From contig CANKCB010000008.1 of assembly GCA_947480335.1 (NCBI GenBank), positions 10,741-74,740 of the forward strand: a stretch of DNA of 64,000 nucleotides, read 5' to 3'. Every line of letters starts with the position of its first letter. The stretch's first letter is position 1. Below, piece by piece: positions 41,335-54,181 of this stretch. A model generated the notes under the pieces. That model was not told the DNA's origin. It did not search any database and saw nothing but the letters and a program-made list of their open reading frames with translations. Both the position numbers and the translations under genes were made by a program. The DNA comes from Gammaproteobacteria bacterium (lineage in GTDB: Bacteria > Pseudomonadota > Gammaproteobacteria > Eutrophobiales > Eutrophobiaceae).

Positions 41335-41802
41335 ATGGCGAATCAATTTAACATCAACGTCGATGGTGTCGACTATCAAATTGAGGCCGAGCCAGACATG
41401 CCTCTGCTGTACGCACTGACCAATGATCTCGAACACAAGGGGCCCAAGTTTGGATGTGGTCTGGCCCAATGTGGTGCCTGTACAGTCATACACGAGGGTG
41501 TTGCCATTCGTTCCTGTGTCACCCCGGTATCGGCTGTGACTGGCAAGGTTCGTACACTGGATGGAATCGGTACCACCGAGAATCCCCATCCTTTGCAAAA
41601 AGCCTTTATCCAGTCTGAAGCTGGCCAGTGCCAGTATTGTATCAACGGCTGGATTATGACCTCGCTGGCATTTCTGGAACAAAATCCCAAACGTACAGAT
41701 GCGGAAATTCGTGATGCACTGGCAGGATTGAAATGTCGGTGTGGTACTCATATGGCGATACTGCGTGCGGTACGCAGTGCTGCTGATGAAATGGCCGGTT
41801 AA
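41335..41802 (+). CDS. (2Fe-2S)-binding small subunit of a molybdenum hydroxylase (IorA/CoxS-like)
   Basis: 155 aa. CGLAQCGACTV and CQYCINGW two [2Fe-2S] cluster motifs. Confidence 0.85.
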   Translation: MANQFNINVDGVDYQIEAEPDMPLLYALTNDLEHKGPKFGCGLAQCGACTVIHEGVAIRSCVTPVSAVTGKVRTLDGIGTTENPHPLQKAFIQSEAGQCQYCINGWIMTSLAFLEQNPKRTDAEIRDALAGLKCRCGTHMAILRAVRSAADEMAG

Positions 41803-41814
41803 GGGGGAACGCTC

Positions 41815-44139
41815 ATGCTTATCGAATCATTAAATAATCTGAAAATTGCCCGACGCGATCTGTTAATCAACGCCATGAAGGGTGGTGGTGCGCTGGTACT
41901 GGGTTTTAACCTGCCCGGATCAGCCCTGTTTGCAGCTGACAGCAGTGCAGCCTTGCCGGGCGCGAGAAAACTGGATCCGGCCCGACTGGATACCTGGATT
42001 GCGATCAATAAAAAAGGCGATGTCACGGCCTATTGGGGCAAGATGGATATGGGCCAGGGAGTGGATACAGCCATCAGTCAGATGGTGGCAGAAGAACTCG
42101 ATGTGAAGATTGAAAAGGTTACCGTGTTATTCGGTGATACCTATGTAATGACAGACCAGGGCGGTGCCAGTGGCAGTTCCGGCGTCAGTAATTCCGGTGT
42201 GGCACTACGTGAAGCCGCCGCGGAAGCCAGACAGGTTTTGCTGGAAAAGGCCTCAACCTTGATGAATCTGCCTGTCGACAAGTTAACGGTCATTGATGGG
42301 GTCATACAGGAGCAAGGTAATTCCACGCATACACTCAGCTATGGCGATATTATCGGTGACAAGTTGTTCAATGTGCCGCTGGAATGGAATGGCGAAATCG
42401 GTAATGAGCTTGAACTGAAAAGCCGCGCAAAATTAAAAGATCCAGCCAACTATAAAGTGGTTGGTACCTCGGTTGGTCGTAAAGACATCACTGGCAAGAT
42501 CATTCCGAAAACGCGTTTCACGGTTCATTCGCGGGTTCCGGGTATGTTGCACGGTCGTATGATCAGGCCACCTTCTGCCGGAGCGACAATTGTATCGGTA
42601 GACAAGGATTCGATTGCACATATACCGGGTGTGCAGGTAGTGGTTGAAAAGGATTTTATTGGAGTGGTAGCACCGAAAGAATGGGATGCCATCCGTGCCT
42701 CGCGTGCATTGAAAGTCAATTGGGACGAAACCAAATCCGGATTTCCCACCACTTCAGAAAAACTGCATGACTATATTCGCAAGGCGACAGCTGACAAGTC
42801 TGAAGTACCGGAAAATATTGGTGACGTCGATGCGGCGCTTGCTTCGAATAAGAAGCCGATGGAAGTGGAATATGAGTGGCCGTTCCAGAGCCATGCCCGC
42901 ATGGCCGCTTCAGTCGGTCTGGCCGATGTTAAAGTTGAATCCGGCGGTACGGTGTGGACAGATTCACAAAAATTTTATGACACGGCAATCTGCACGGCAA
43001 AGATGTTGGGATTGAAAGCGGAAGGTGAACAGATTCCCGTGCGTAGTATCTGGGGGCCGGGTCCGGGTTCCTATGGCCGTTCAGATTCAGCAGATGGTGT
43101 ACTGGATGCAGTTGTACTGTCAAAAGCCGTGGGTGCGCCCGTGCGAGTACAATGGATGCGTAACGAAGGCATTGCCTGGGACCCCAAGGGACCGGCCTCT
43201 GTCATTAATATGCGTGCAGCAATTGGTGAGGATGGCAAGGTGAGCGCCTGGCATTTCCATCTGAAAGGATTCTCCCGTCAGGATGTCAGTTCGCGTGAAC
43301 ACAGCCCGAGTGAGACCCTGGCCGGGCAGTTACTCGGTCACACACGTAAACGTAACTGGACCATGTCTGAACCGGCGAATTCTTACGGCTTTGCCAACAA
43401 GCGTTACAGCTGGGATGCGATCAAGCCATTACGTGATATGGGTTCACCACTGCGTACATCCCATTTCCGTGATCCGTATGGTGCGGAGATCCATTTTGCT
43501 GTGGAATCCTTTGTCGATGAAATGGCGTACTCGACCGGAATGGATCCGGTTGCGTTCCGTCTGCAATATCTGACTGAACAACGGGACATCGATGTAATCA
43601 AGGCCGTTGCCGATCTGGCACAGTGGCAACCCCGTACCGCCGCACGCAAACAGAAGAATGCGAACGGCATGCTGGTCGGTACCGGTATTTCCTATGCGCA
43701 GCGTAATGCGTCAGTCAATGCGGTGATCGCCGAAGTGGAGGTCAATCCGCAAACCGGACGTGTCTGGGTAAAACGTTTCTTTGTGGGTTCCGATTATGGT
43801 TTGATCATCAATCCATTCACGCTGGATCGTACGATTGAAGGTAATCTGATCCAGGGTACCAGCCGTACCCTGTTTGAAGAGGTCAAGTTCGACGAGAAGA
43901 CGGTACATTCGGTGGATTGGGCCACATACCCGATTGTTGAGGTAGCTGATGCACCCGAAGAAGTGAAAATCGTCAAAATCAATCGCCCTGAGCTGGGACC
44001 CAAAGGTGCCGGTGAACCGGTTACGCGAGTAGTTCCAGCCGCTATAGCCAATGCGGTGTTTGATGCGACCGGTATCCGCTTCCGCAAGGCACCGCTTACG
44101 GCGGCAAGGGTGAAAGCGGCTCTCGACGCGGCTGTCTGA
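41815..44139 (+). CDS. molybdopterin-binding large subunit of xanthine-dehydrogenase-family oxidoreductase (IorB / membrane aldehyde dehydrogenase-like) with Tat signal
   Basis: 774 aa. ARRDLLINAMKGGGALVLGF twin-arginine signal. XDH-family Mo-binding domains. Confidence 0.85.
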   Translation: MLIESLNNLKIARRDLLINAMKGGGALVLGFNLPGSALFAADSSAALPGARKLDPARLDTWIAINKKGDVTAYWGKMDMGQGVDTAISQMVAEELDVKIEKVTVLFGDTYVMTDQGGASGSSGVSNSGVALREAAAEARQVLLEKASTLMNLPVDKLTVIDGVIQEQGNSTHTLSYGDIIGDKLFNVPLEWNGEIGNELELKSRAKLKDPANYKVVGTSVGRKDITGKIIPKTRFTVHSRVPGMLHGRMIRPPSAGATIVSVDKDSIAHIPGVQVVVEKDFIGVVAPKEWDAIRASRALKVNWDETKSGFPTTSEKLHDYIRKATADKSEVPENIGDVDAALASNKKPMEVEYEWPFQSHARMAASVGLADVKVESGGTVWTDSQKFYDTAICTAKMLGLKAEGEQIPVRSIWGPGPGSYGRSDSADGVLDAVVLSKAVGAPVRVQWMRNEGIAWDPKGPASVINMRAAIGEDGKVSAWHFHLKGFSRQDVSSREHSPSETLAGQLLGHTRKRNWTMSEPANSYGFANKRYSWDAIKPLRDMGSPLRTSHFRDPYGAEIHFAVESFVDEMAYSTGMDPVAFRLQYLTEQRDIDVIKAVADLAQWQPRTAARKQKNANGMLVGTGISYAQRNASVNAVIAEVEVNPQTGRVWVKRFFVGSDYGLIINPFTLDRTIEGNLIQGTSRTLFEEVKFDEKTVHSVDWATYPIVEVADAPEEVKIVKINRPELGPKGAGEPVTRVVPAAIANAVFDATGIRFRKAPLTAARVKAALDAAV

Positions 44140-44172
44140 CCCGATGCTGCCTGAAGCCTGAATGGTAATCTA

Positions 44173-44928
44173 TTAGGGTAAATACGCTCCGCCATTCACA
44201 TGGATGGTCTGACCGGTGATATAGCGCGCTGGCAGACTGCATAGATAGACAACCATCGCGGCGACCTCCTGCGGTTGACCGCGACGCCCGACCAGATTCT
44301 TGATGCTGGCATGATGATGCGGTGATGTTCCATCTGCACGCAAGGTATCGATCAAGCCGGGGGATATACAATTCACGGTAATACCCTGTGCAGACAATTC
44401 GTGAGCCAACGCTTTCGTGAATCCAACAATACCGGATTTGGCCGCAATCACATGTACCCGATTGGCTGCTCCGGTGTGCCCAGTTAGCCCACCTATATTG
44501 ATGATGCAAGCCCGATCACTCTGTTGCAGAGTGTCGAGCGCTGCGTGGGTTGTCAGAAACGCCGCATCAAGACAGACGCTCATCACCTGACGCCAATCGG
44601 CATAAGTCATTTCCGCAAATGAGGTTTCTGGACGGACAGCGGCGTTGTTGACCAGCATGTCGAGTCGACCGAATCGGGTGATGATTTCCTTGATAATACG
44701 TGGTGCGGTAGCAGGGTCACTCAAATCACCCATTACCAGCAAGGCTTTGGCGCCAGCCTGTTCTACCAACCGTACGGTTTCGCTGGCAGCCTGTTGATCC
44801 TGTGCCGCATGGACGACAACATCGGCACCGGCCTCTGCCAACGCACAGGCAATTGCGCGACCAATATTACGCGAGGCTCCGGTTACCAGTACCACACGAT
44901 CCTTCAGTTCCTTGTTTAAAGCAGTCAT
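44173..44928 (-). CDS. SDR family oxidoreductase (FabG-like)
   Basis: 251 aa. TGASRNIGRAIA cofactor motif. NNAA, YxxxK (YAAAKSG) catalytic motif. Confidence 0.85.
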   Translation of the reverse strand: MTALNKELKDRVVLVTGASRNIGRAIACALAEAGADVVVHAAQDQQAASETVRLVEQAGAKALLVMGDLSDPATAPRIIKEIITRFGRLDMLVNNAAVRPETSFAEMTYADWRQVMSVCLDAAFLTTHAALDTLQQSDRACIINIGGLTGHTGAANRVHVIAAKSGIVGFTKALAHELSAQGITVNCISPGLIDTLRADGTSPHHHASIKNLVGRRGQPQEVAAMVVYLCSLPARYITGQTIHVNGGAYLP

Positions 44929-45353
44929 TTCAGTGCTCCGGATTTACTGATTAAGAGATGCTCTGCCATCAGGCTAGCAATGTTGTCACAAAACTGCAGC
45001 AGTATAGCTGCATCCGGGGTTCCACCAAACCGGCAGTTGATTCAGGTTGTGCTTTCAGCTACTGAAAATAGCGAGAACCTGATTGGGTTAGTAACATGTC
45101 CACTTACCAAAATTCGGGAAAGGAGATTTACCCATAACAGATGTTTTATTCTGGTTAGGGAGACTATTGAACCAGGATGGATACAGGATAGTTTTGAAAC
45201 TTGCAGGTGATTGATACAGTTACTTGATTCAATTCTACTAACTTTCAGTGTCGATAATTATTCTCAATATGAACGGATTAGGAAGGAGCGTGGTCAGTTC
45301 TGTGAGTGTGCAAATAGTAGACAACTTTATTCAGATTTTTCACCATCATTTCG

Positions 45354-45382
45354 CTGACAGAACAGGGTGTTCCGGCTATAAT
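45354..45382 (+). promoter_or_regulatory. candidate sigma-70 promoter of the nuo operon (CTGACA -17 bp- TATAAT)
   Basis: -35 CTGACA at 45354..45359, 17-bp spacer, perfect -10 TATAAT at 45377..45382, about 100 nt upstream of nuoA. Confidence 0.4.
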
Positions 45383-45484
45383 GCCGCCCATTATAAATGA
45401 CAGCGTGTTTTACCCGGTTTTCAAATCTGCTTAAAACGGACTGTTTCTGTACTTCAACTTGGGTGTACGAGTTTAAATACGAGA

Positions 45485-45841
45485 ATGTTGGCTAATTATT
45501 TACCGATTCTGATTTTCCTCATTATTACCATGGTAATGGGTTCGGCGTTTTTCCTGATTGGTTATGTGCTCGGCCCGAAGAAGTTCGATTCCGAGAAAAT
45601 GTCCTCGTATGAATGTGGTTTTGCGGCATTCGAAGATGCCCGCATGAAATTTGACGTCCGTTATTACCTGGTAGCTATCCTGTTTATCATTTTTGACCTG
45701 GAAATCGCCTTTTTCCTGCCCTGGGCTGTGGCCTTGCGCGAAATCAATATTGCTGGATTCTGGGCCATGATGATCTTTCTGGGTGTACTGGTCGTTGGCT
45801 TTATTTACGAATGGCGTAAAGGGGCACTGGAATGGGAGTAG
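45485..45841 (+). CDS. nuoA: NADH-quinone oxidoreductase subunit A
   Basis: 118 aa, 3 TM, first gene of the nuo operon. Confidence 0.9.
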   Translation: MLANYLPILIFLIITMVMGSAFFLIGYVLGPKKFDSEKMSSYECGFAAFEDARMKFDVRYYLVAILFIIFDLEIAFFLPWAVALREINIAGFWAMMIFLGVLVVGFIYEWRKGALEWE

Positions 45842-46317
45842 AAGAAAAAATTCACGAGTCAGGTATCGTGACCACTACGGTGGACAATCTGGTGAACTGG
45901 GCAAGAACCGGCTCCATGTGGCCGATGACGTTTGGTCTGGCGTGCTGCGCAGTCGAAATGATGCATGCCGGAGCCTCCCGTTATGATCTTGACCGTTTTG
46001 GTATCGTATTTCGTCCCAGTCCCCGGCAATCGGATGTGATGATTGTGGCCGGGACGCTGGTCAACAAGATGGCACCGGCCTTGCGCAAGGTGTATGACCA
46101 GATGCCAGAACCTCGCTGGGTTATCTCAATGGGGTCGTGTGCAAACGGTGGTGGTTATTATCATTATTCCTATGCGGTAGTACGTGGTTGTGATCGTGTC
46201 GTGCCGGTTGATATTTATGTACCGGGTTGTCCACCAACAGCAGAGGCCCTGCTGTTTGGTATCATCCAGCTGCAGAAGAAAATCAGACGCGGCAAAGTCA
46301 ATATTATTTCTGCCTAG
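45832..46317 (+). CDS. nuoB: NADH-quinone oxidoreductase subunit B
   Basis: 161 aa. [18 protein letters not shown] Fe-S (N2) ligands. Confidence 0.9.
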   Translation: MGVEEKIHESGIVTTTVDNLVNWARTGSMWPMTFGLACCAVEMMHAGASRYDLDRFGIVFRPSPRQSDVMIVAGTLVNKMAPALRKVYDQMPEPRWVISMGSCANGGGYYHYSYAVVRGCDRVVPVDIYVPGCPPTAEALLFGIIQLQKKIRRGKVNIISA

Positions 46318-46334
46318 GAAGATACGTACCCATC

Positions 46335-47030
46335 ATGTCGGAAACGCTGGAACAACTTCAAAATCGTTTGACCGCTTGTTTTGGCGATAAAATCAGCGCA
46401 TCTATTATGCATTGCGGGGAACTCACGCTTGAAGTTGAAGCCGCCAATGCGATTGACGTATTCAGCAAGTTACGCAAGCTGGAAGAATTCCATTTTGAAC
46501 AGCTGATTGATCTTTGCGGTATTGATTATCAGCGATTTGGCAAGGCAGACTGGGAAACCGAAGATACCACCAGCACCGGTTTTAGTCGGGGCGTCAGCAA
46601 GGACATCTATAATGAGAACCTGAATAAGCCAGCACGGTTTGCTGTGGTATATCACCTGTTGTCACTGCTACACAATCGCCGCTTGCGAGTACGAGTATTT
46701 TTGCATAACAATCCGCCGCGTATTGAATCGGTTACCAGTATCTGGGCTTCTGCCAACTGGTTTGAGCGAGAGGCTTTTGATTTGTTCGGTATCCTGTTTG
46801 AAGGACATCCGGATCTCAGACGTATCCTGACAGACTATGGTTTTATCGGACATCCCTTCCGCAAGGACTTCCCGTTGGAAGGCAATGTGGAAGTAATTTA
46901 TGACCCGGAAAAGAAGCGTGTGGTTTATCAACCAGTCACGATCCGAAATCGTGTGTTGGTGCCGAAAGTGATACGCCATGACGACAGATTTACCAGCAAC
47001 CCGCCGCCCGCGGGAGCAAGTACCAAATAA
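46335..47030 (+). CDS. nuoC: NADH-quinone oxidoreductase subunit C (separate, not fused to D)
   Basis: Start at [12 protein letters not shown]. The track ORF starts upstream, inside nuoB. 231 aa. Confidence 0.85.
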   Translation: MSETLEQLQNRLTACFGDKISASIMHCGELTLEVEAANAIDVFSKLRKLEEFHFEQLIDLCGIDYQRFGKADWETEDTTSTGFSRGVSKDIYNENLNKPARFAVVYHLLSLLHNRRLRVRVFLHNNPPRIESVTSIWASANWFEREAFDLFGILFEGHPDLRRILTDYGFIGHPFRKDFPLEGNVEVIYDPEKKRVVYQPVTIRNRVLVPKVIRHDDRFTSNPPPAGASTK

Positions 47031-47050
47031 TATTAGCGAGCCCGGAATTC

Positions 47051-48304
47051 ATGCCTGAAATCAGAAATATGACAATGAACTTTGGTCCACAGCATCCTGC
47101 GGCCCACGGTGTATTGCGTCTGGTACTGGAGATGGACGGTGAAATCATTGAGCGTGCCGATCCGCATGTAGGCTTGTTGCACCGGGGTACCGAAAAACTG
47201 GCCGAATACAAACCCTATAACCAGAGTATCGGCTATATGGATCGGCTCGATTATGTATCAATGATGTGCAATGAGCATGCGTATGTGTTGGCCATCGAGA
47301 AATTGCTTGGTGTGACACCTCCTATACGTGCGCAGTATATCCGTGTGATGTTCGATGAAATTACGCGTGTACTGAACCATTTGATGTGGTTGGGTGCGCA
47401 TGGCTTGGATATCGGTGCAATGACCATGTTCCTGTATTGTTTCCGAGAACGTGAAGACCTGATGGACTGCTATGAAGCGGTGTCGGGTACCCGTATGCAT
47501 GCTACCTATTATCGTCCAGGTGGTGTGTATCGTGATTTGCCTGGAACAATGCCGCAATACCAGACCTCAGTCTGGAAAAATGCAAAACAGGTTTCGGAGT
47601 TGAACCAGAACAGACAGGGGTCCCTGCTGGACTATATAGAATCGTTCACCAGTCGTTTTCCGGCGTGTGTAGATGAATATGAAACGCTGTTAACCGATAA
47701 CCGAATCTGGAAACAGCGTACCGTGGGCATAGGCGTGGTTACCCCGGAACGAGCATTACAACTGGGTTTCACTGGCCCGATGCTACGTGGTTCCGGTATC
47801 GAGTGGGACCTGCGCAAGAAGCAACCGTATGAAGTGTATAGTCAGATCGATTTTGACATTCCGGTAGGCGTGAATGGTGATTGTTATGATCGCTATCTGG
47901 TTCGAATCGAGGAGATGCGTCAATCCAATCGCATTATCAAACAGTGTGTGGACTGGCTGCGTAAAAATCCAGGGCCGGTGATACTCGATAATCACAAGCT
48001 GGTACCGCCACGTCGTGAAGAAATGAAAGACGATATGGAATCGTTAATTCATCATTTCAAACTGTTTACTGAGGGTTACTGTGTTCCGGAAGGTGAAGCA
48101 TACGCCGCCGTTGAGCATCCGAAAGGCGAATTTGGTATTTATCTGGTATCGGATGGTGCCAATAAACCTTATCGCCTGAAGATTCGTGCTCCCGGGTTTG
48201 TGCATTTGTCCTCAATGAATGAAATGGTCAAGGGACACATGCTGGCTGACGTGGTTGCCGTCATTGGTACGCAGGACATCGTATTCGGGGAAGTGGATAG
48301 ATAA
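47051..48304 (+). CDS. nuoD: NADH-quinone oxidoreductase subunit D
   Basis: 417 aa. [16 protein letters not shown] conserved N-terminus. Confidence 0.9.
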   Translation: MPEIRNMTMNFGPQHPAAHGVLRLVLEMDGEIIERADPHVGLLHRGTEKLAEYKPYNQSIGYMDRLDYVSMMCNEHAYVLAIEKLLGVTPPIRAQYIRVMFDEITRVLNHLMWLGAHGLDIGAMTMFLYCFREREDLMDCYEAVSGTRMHATYYRPGGVYRDLPGTMPQYQTSVWKNAKQVSELNQNRQGSLLDYIESFTSRFPACVDEYETLLTDNRIWKQRTVGIGVVTPERALQLGFTGPMLRGSGIEWDLRKKQPYEVYSQIDFDIPVGVNGDCYDRYLVRIEEMRQSNRIIKQCVDWLRKNPGPVILDNHKLVPPRREEMKDDMESLIHHFKLFTEGYCVPEGEAYAAVEHPKGEFGIYLVSDGANKPYRLKIRAPGFVHLSSMNEMVKGHMLADVVAVIGTQDIVFGEVDR

Positions 48305-48305
48305 T

Positions 48306-48803
48306 ATGACTGATCAAGTAAAGCCTGTATTGTCCGAACATGCCCGCAAGGAGATTGATCACTGGCTGGCCAAATATCCGGAAGATCGTAAACAATCAGC
48401 TGTGCTTGCCGCCTTACGGGAAGTGCAGCATGAGAATAACGGATTTCTGACTACGGAATTGATGGACGCGGTAGCCGATTATCTGGGTATGCCGCAGATT
48501 GCTGTATATGAGGTGGCAAGTTTTTATTCGATGCTGGAGACCAAACCGATTGGTCGTCACAGTATTTCTATTTGTACCAACATCTCCTGCATGTTGTCCG
48601 GTTCGGATGCGGTTGTTGACTATACCGAGAAGAAACTGGGAATCAAAACCGGCCAGTCGACAGCGGACGGACGGTTTTTCCTGAAAAAGGAAGAAGAATG
48701 TCTGGCGGCCTGTTGTGGCGGGCCGATGATGATGGTGGATCATGTGTACTATGAAAATCTTACCAACGAAAAGATAGATGCAATCCTGGAAAAACTGGAC
48801 TGA
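48306..48803 (+). CDS. nuoE: NADH-quinone oxidoreductase subunit E
   Basis: Start at MTDQVKP (48306). 165 aa. CxxxxC...CxxxC [2Fe-2S] motifs. Confidence 0.85.
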   Translation: MTDQVKPVLSEHARKEIDHWLAKYPEDRKQSAVLAALREVQHENNGFLTTELMDAVADYLGMPQIAVYEVASFYSMLETKPIGRHSISICTNISCMLSGSDAVVDYTEKKLGIKTGQSTADGRFFLKKEEECLAACCGGPMMMVDHVYYENLTNEKIDAILEKLD

Positions 48804-50110
48804 TGGCCGAGATAAAACAAAATTTGGTTTGTTATGCCACACTTGGTGTGGAGCAGCCGTGGACGCTGGAAAATTATCATCGTGTAGGTGGTTATGACGC
48901 GTTGAAAAAAATTATCCGTGAAGGGATTACTCCGGAACAGGTGATTGAAGAGATGAAAGCCTCCGGTCTGCGTGGCAGGGGTGGAGCGGGTTTCCCGGCC
49001 GGATTGAAATGGAGTTTTATGCCGGCCAAGTTTGAAGGCCCGAAATATGTGGTTTGTAATTCGGATGAAAGCGAACCGGGTACCTGCAAGGACCGGGACA
49101 TACTGAGATTTAATCCGCACTCACTGGTCGAAGGCATGACCATTGCCTGTTATGCCATGCGTACCAAGGTTGGCTATAACTATATGCGTGGCGAGTTTAT
49201 GGATGAGCCGTTCGCCCGGTTTGAAAATGCACTGAAAGAAGCGTATACGAATAATTATCTGGGCAAGAATATTCTGGGTTCGGATGTCAGTATCGATATC
49301 CATGCCACGCTTGGAGCAGGTGCGTATATCTGTGGCGAAGAAACAGCGTTGCTGAATTCACTCGAAGGCAAGAAAGGTCTGCCGCGCTTCAAGCCACCGT
49401 TCCCTGCCAACTTCGGCTTATATGGCAAACCGACAACTATCAACAATACCGAAACCTTCGCCTCTGCTCCGTCGATTATACGTAATGGCGCCAAATGGTT
49501 TGCGGATCTGGGTGTGGCCAATAGTGGTGGAACCAAATGTTTTTCCGTCAGTGGCCATGTAAACAAGCCTGGGAATTTTGAAATTCCGATGGGTACATCG
49601 TTCCGGGATTTGCTTGAATTGGCCGGTGGTGTTCGTCATGGCAGAAAATTGAAAGCAGTGATTCCGGGCGGATCTTCTGTACCGGTATTGCCTGGCGAAA
49701 AAATGATGCAGGCCAATATGGATTATGATTCGATCAAGCAGGTTGGTTCGATGCTTGGGTCCGGTGCGGTCGTCATTATGGATGACACTACCTGTATGGT
49801 GAAAATGCTTTGCCGTATTTCGCAGTTTTATCATGCTGAATCCTGCGGCCAGTGTACGCCTTGTCGCGAAGGAACTGGTTGGCTGTATCGTATGCTGCGT
49901 CGGATTATGGATGGCAAGGGTGAACTGGAAGATATGGACAAACTGGTCGATGTGGCAAACAAGATCGAAGGCCGTACGATATGTGCGCTGGGTGATGCCG
50001 CTGCCTGGCCGGTTCAGAGTTTTATGAAACATTACCGGCATGAATTTGAATACATGATCAGAAACAAGGGTCGCAGCATAGTCGACAGCCCGGATTATAA
50101 AGCGGCTTAA
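48803..50110 (+). CDS. nuoF: NADH-quinone oxidoreductase subunit F
   Basis: 435 aa. [21 protein letters not shown] motif. [12 protein letters not shown] [4Fe-4S]. Confidence 0.9.
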   Translation: MAEIKQNLVCYATLGVEQPWTLENYHRVGGYDALKKIIREGITPEQVIEEMKASGLRGRGGAGFPAGLKWSFMPAKFEGPKYVVCNSDESEPGTCKDRDILRFNPHSLVEGMTIACYAMRTKVGYNYMRGEFMDEPFARFENALKEAYTNNYLGKNILGSDVSIDIHATLGAGAYICGEETALLNSLEGKKGLPRFKPPFPANFGLYGKPTTINNTETFASAPSIIRNGAKWFADLGVANSGGTKCFSVSGHVNKPGNFEIPMGTSFRDLLELAGGVRHGRKLKAVIPGGSSVPVLPGEKMMQANMDYDSIKQVGSMLGSGAVVIMDDTTCMVKMLCRISQFYHAESCGQCTPCREGTGWLYRMLRRIMDGKGELEDMDKLVDVANKIEGRTICALGDAAAWPVQSFMKHYRHEFEYMIRNKGRSIVDSPDYKAA

Positions 50111-50142
50111 CGAACAGCCGCAAAGATAATGAAATTATTTAA

Positions 50143-52515
50143 ATGACTGACGATACAATAACAATCGAAGTAGACGGCAAACCTCTGCAGGCCCGAAAGG
50201 GTCAAATGCTGATCGAGGTGACGGATGCGAACGACATTTATATTCCGCGTTTTTGTTACCACAAGAAACTGACTATCGCGGCCAATTGCAGAATGTGTCT
50301 GGTTCAGGTTGAGAAAGCGCCCAAGCCATTGCCAGCCTGTGCTACACCGGTGATGGATGGAATGAAAGTCCAGACCCGTTCGGCCTATGCGCGTGACGCA
50401 CAGAAAGCTGTAATGGAATTTTTGCTGATTAACCATCCTCTGGATTGCCCGATTTGCGATCAGGGCGGTGAATGTGAATTGCAGGATCTCGCGATGGGTT
50501 ACGGATCGGATGTTTCGCGTTATCAGGAAAAGAAACGTGTTGTTAAGGACAAGAATATCGGTCCATTGGTACAGACCGAAATGACACGCTGTATCCATTG
50601 CACGCGTTGTGTACGCTTTGGTGAGGAAATAGCCGGTTTGCGTGAATTGGGTGCAACCGGTCGCAGTGAATTTATGGAAATCGGTACCTATGTCGAAAAA
50701 AGTATGGTGTCCGAATTATCCGGCAACGTGATAGATGTTTGTCCGGTCGGAGCGTTGACATCAAAACCTTTCCGTTTTTCAGCACGTACCTGGGAAATGA
50801 CCCAGTATCCAGGCATTGCCCCACATGATGGTACCGGTTCAAATATCCACTTTCATGTGAAACATGATGTAGTAAAACGTGTGGTTCCGGCTGAAAATGA
50901 AGCTATCAATGAAGTCTGGCTATCTGACAGGGATCGATTCAGTTATGAAGGACTCTACAGCCAGGATCGCCTGACTGTTCCAATGGTCAAGGAAAATGGC
51001 GTATGGCGTGAAACGAGCTGGGAGGCGGCACTGGATCAGGTTGCCAGCCGTATGCAGAAACCAGTTGGTGCCACGGCCAGTCAATTAGGTGCACTGATCT
51101 CTCCGACAGCTACCTCCGAAGAAGCCTGGTTGATGCAGAAGTTAGTCAGGGCAGCTGGCAGTAATAATATTGATCACCGCTTGCATCAATCAGACTTTAC
51201 TGATGCAGCGCATGATCCGGCATTCCCCTGGTTAGGCCAGGCGATACCGGAACTGGAACAGCTCGACACAGTCTTGTTAATCGGTGCCTGGCCACGGAAA
51301 GAACAACCGTTATTAAACCTGCGTTTGCGCAAGGCGGCGTTACGGGGTGCCAATATCATGGTGGTCAATACAATTGACTACGATTTCAATTACAAAATCT
51401 CAGACAAGCTGATTTCCGATCCGGTCACTCTGATCCACGACGTTGCCGCAGTATTAAAAGCGGTGTCTGAAATTTCCGGAAACAAAATTGAATCGGGCAA
51501 GTTATTGGAAGCTGTAGTAGTCAATGACAAGCATCGCGCGATTGCGAGCAAGCTGGCTGCGGGTAAAAAATCAGCCATACTCGCGGGCAATCAGTTTATG
51601 GCACACACACAGTATTCTACATTGAGATATTTGGCTGGTCATATAGCCAGCCTGTCGGCTTCCAGTTTTGGATATCTGGGAGAATCGGCCAATGAGGCAG
51701 GCTGCTGGTTGGCTGGCGCAATACCCCATCGAGGTACCGGTGCTAAAAAGATCGATCAGCCAGGTTTGAATGCACGCAGTATGATGGAGCAGAAGTTATC
51801 CACTTATTTGTTGTTCAACATTGAACCGGAACTGGATTGTGCCAATGCGGCATTGGCCATGGCGAGTCTGCAAAATGCGGAAACGGTAATCGCTTTTACA
51901 CCCTATAAGTCAGCTTCTCTGTTGCAGGTAGCTAACATTATGTTACCAATTGCGATCTATGCAGAAAATGAAGGTTCTATGATTAATGTGGCTGGTCAGT
52001 CGCAAGTCTACTCAGCCTGTGTACCGGCTCAGGGTGAGGCACGACCCGGCTGGAAAATCTTGCGTGTGCTGGCCAATCGTTTGGGCGTAGCTGCATCGGA
52101 GTACCAGTCAGTCGAAGCAGTACGTAATGAACTCAATACAGTAATCTCTTCGGTAACACCGGATAACCGAGCAGACTGGGTCAGGCCGGAAGCTTTGCCC
52201 TCAGTACCGGGTGGAATATTGAGGACGACTGAAATCCCGATGAATTCAGTCGATACACTGGTCAGACGCGCTGAGGCCTTGCAACAGACAGCAGATGTCG
52301 CCGATGGTGCAGTACATATCAATAGCAATCTGGCTGGTAAACTCAGATTGAACGGTAGCAGCAAGCTTGTGGCGCAACAGCAGGGGAGTGCGCTGGAGCT
52401 GAATTATGTGCTCGACAACAGATTACCGGATAATACCGTACTGATTCAGGCTGCCCATCCCGCAACGTCGGCATTGGGTGCCTGGTTTGGTGAAATCACC
52501 CTGAGGAAACTGTAA
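50143..52515 (+). CDS. nuoG: NADH-quinone oxidoreductase subunit G
   Basis: 790 aa. N-terminal 2Fe-2S / 4Fe-4S Cys clusters (CYHKKL..., [13 protein letters not shown]). Confidence 0.9.
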   Translation: MTDDTITIEVDGKPLQARKGQMLIEVTDANDIYIPRFCYHKKLTIAANCRMCLVQVEKAPKPLPACATPVMDGMKVQTRSAYARDAQKAVMEFLLINHPLDCPICDQGGECELQDLAMGYGSDVSRYQEKKRVVKDKNIGPLVQTEMTRCIHCTRCVRFGEEIAGLRELGATGRSEFMEIGTYVEKSMVSELSGNVIDVCPVGALTSKPFRFSARTWEMTQYPGIAPHDGTGSNIHFHVKHDVVKRVVPAENEAINEVWLSDRDRFSYEGLYSQDRLTVPMVKENGVWRETSWEAALDQVASRMQKPVGATASQLGALISPTATSEEAWLMQKLVRAAGSNNIDHRLHQSDFTDAAHDPAFPWLGQAIPELEQLDTVLLIGAWPRKEQPLLNLRLRKAALRGANIMVVNTIDYDFNYKISDKLISDPVTLIHDVAAVLKAVSEISGNKIESGKLLEAVVVNDKHRAIASKLAAGKKSAILAGNQFMAHTQYSTLRYLAGHIASLSASSFGYLGESANEAGCWLAGAIPHRGTGAKKIDQPGLNARSMMEQKLSTYLLFNIEPELDCANAALAMASLQNAETVIAFTPYKSASLLQVANIMLPIAIYAENEGSMINVAGQSQVYSACVPAQGEARPGWKILRVLANRLGVAASEYQSVEAVRNELNTVISSVTPDNRADWVRPEALPSVPGGILRTTEIPMNSVDTLVRRAEALQQTADVADGAVHINSNLAGKLRLNGSSKLVAQQQGSALELNYVLDNRLPDNTVLIQAAHPATSALGAWFGEITLRKL

Positions 52516-52520
52516 AGCCA

Positions 52521-53633
52521 ATGTTAAACACATTGTTAAACACAGTTTTCGAATGGATACAGACCAATATCCTGATGCAAATCATCGGGGTTGTGGTGCC
52601 TGTGGCATTCCAGAATGAGGCCCTGCTGATTGCGAGTACAATAGTGAAGATAATTGCCATTATTGCGCCGTTGATGATCATCGTGGCGTATACCACCTAT
52701 GCCGAGCGCAAGATCATTGGTTACATTCAATGTCGTATCGGTCCTAACCGGGTTGGGTTCTTTGGTTTTCCCCTGGTTGGATTGGGGCAGCCTATTGCCG
52801 ATGCGGTCAAACTGATGTTCAAGGAAATTATCATTCCGACCGGCGCCAACAAACCCTTGTTTATTATTGCCCCGATATTATCGTTTGCTCCGGCGCTGGC
52901 CGCCTGGGCTGTCATACCGTTTGATGATGTGATGGTGCTTGCTGACATCAATGCGGCACTGATTTACATACTTGCACTGACCTCGCTGGCTGTTTATGGA
53001 ATCATCATTGCCGGTTGGGCTTCGAACTCAAAATATGCTTTTCTCGGCGCCATCCGCTCTGCAGCGCAGATTATTTCCTACGAAATTGCGATGGGATTTG
53101 CACTGGTGTGCGTACTGGTGGCAGCAGGCAGTCTGAATCTGGGCGACATCGTCGAGGCGCAAAGTGGCAGCGTATTAACGTGGTTCTGGATACCCCTGTT
53201 CCCGGTATTTGTTATTTACTTTATATCCGGTGTGGCAGAAACCAATCGCGCGCCGTTTGACGTGGCTGAAGGTGAATCAGAAATCGTGGCAGGGTTCCAT
53301 GTTGAGTATGGTGGTATGGCTTTCTCAATTTTCTTTATGGCGGAATATGCCAATATGGTACTCATTTCAGCCCTGGCATCGATCATGTTTCTGGGCGGCT
53401 GGCTGTCTCCGTTACAGGGAGTGCCGGTAATCGGTGAACCTTCACTTGGCTGGTTGTTGCTGAAGTCGTCATTTTTCCTGTTTCTGTTTTTATGGCTCCG
53501 TGCAACGTTCCCCCGATATCGCTATGACCAGATCATGCGTCTCGGCTGGAAAGTATTCCTGCCCATTACCATTGTCTGGATAGTCATTGTTTCAGCGATG
53601 GTGGTGATGAGAATACCACCCTGGTTTAACTAG
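52521..53633 (+). CDS. nuoH: NADH-quinone oxidoreductase subunit H
   Basis: 370 aa. [18 protein letters not shown] motif. Confidence 0.85.
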   Translation: MLNTLLNTVFEWIQTNILMQIIGVVVPVAFQNEALLIASTIVKIIAIIAPLMIIVAYTTYAERKIIGYIQCRIGPNRVGFFGFPLVGLGQPIADAVKLMFKEIIIPTGANKPLFIIAPILSFAPALAAWAVIPFDDVMVLADINAALIYILALTSLAVYGIIIAGWASNSKYAFLGAIRSAAQIISYEIAMGFALVCVLVAAGSLNLGDIVEAQSGSVLTWFWIPLFPVFVIYFISGVAETNRAPFDVAEGESEIVAGFHVEYGGMAFSIFFMAEYANMVLISALASIMFLGGWLSPLQGVPVIGEPSLGWLLLKSSFFLFLFLWLRATFPRYRYDQIMRLGWKVFLPITIVWIVIVSAMVVMRIPPWFN

Positions 53634-53657
53634 ACGATTCGGCAACGAGCTTAGATT

Positions 53658-54146
53658 ATGCAAAAAATCGGACAATATTTTCAGAGTTTGCTGTTATGGG
53701 AATTGCTGAAGGGCTTGCAATTAACAGGCAAGTATCTGTTCAAACGCAAGATTACTGTGCAGTACCCCGAGGAAAAAACACCGATGTCTCCACGCTTCCG
53801 TGGTTTGCATGCACTTCGTCGTTATCCCAATGGAGAGGAACGTTGCATTGCCTGCAAGTTATGCGAAGCTGTTTGTCCGGCTGTGGCCATTACCATTGAT
53901 TCTGAACAACGCTCAGACGGCACACGACGCACGACACGTTATGATATTGATTTGACCAAATGTATATTTTGCGGGTTTTGTGAAGAATCCTGTCCGGTTG
54001 ACTCTATCGTCGAAACCCATGTGTTTGAATACCATGGTGAGAAGAAGGGTGATTTATTGATGACCAAACAGAGATTGCTGGAAAACGGTGACAAGTATGA
54101 GCAGCAGATTGCGGCTGCACGTGCCAGTGACGCGATGTATCGATAG
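53658..54146 (+). CDS. nuoI: NADH-quinone oxidoreductase subunit I
   Basis: 162 aa. Two CxxCxxCxxxCP ferredoxin motifs. Confidence 0.9.
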   Translation: MQKIGQYFQSLLLWELLKGLQLTGKYLFKRKITVQYPEEKTPMSPRFRGLHALRRYPNGEERCIACKLCEAVCPAVAITIDSEQRSDGTRRTTRYDIDLTKCIFCGFCEESCPVDSIVETHVFEYHGEKKGDLLMTKQRLLENGDKYEQQIAAARASDAMYR

Positions 54147-54181
54147 TACGGAATACCTGATTAATAACGGCTGACTGACGA

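Noticed and set aside
44980-45210. 76-aa ORF in the nuo leader
   Set aside because: Lies within the promoter/leader region of nuoA. No RBS. Unremarkable composition.
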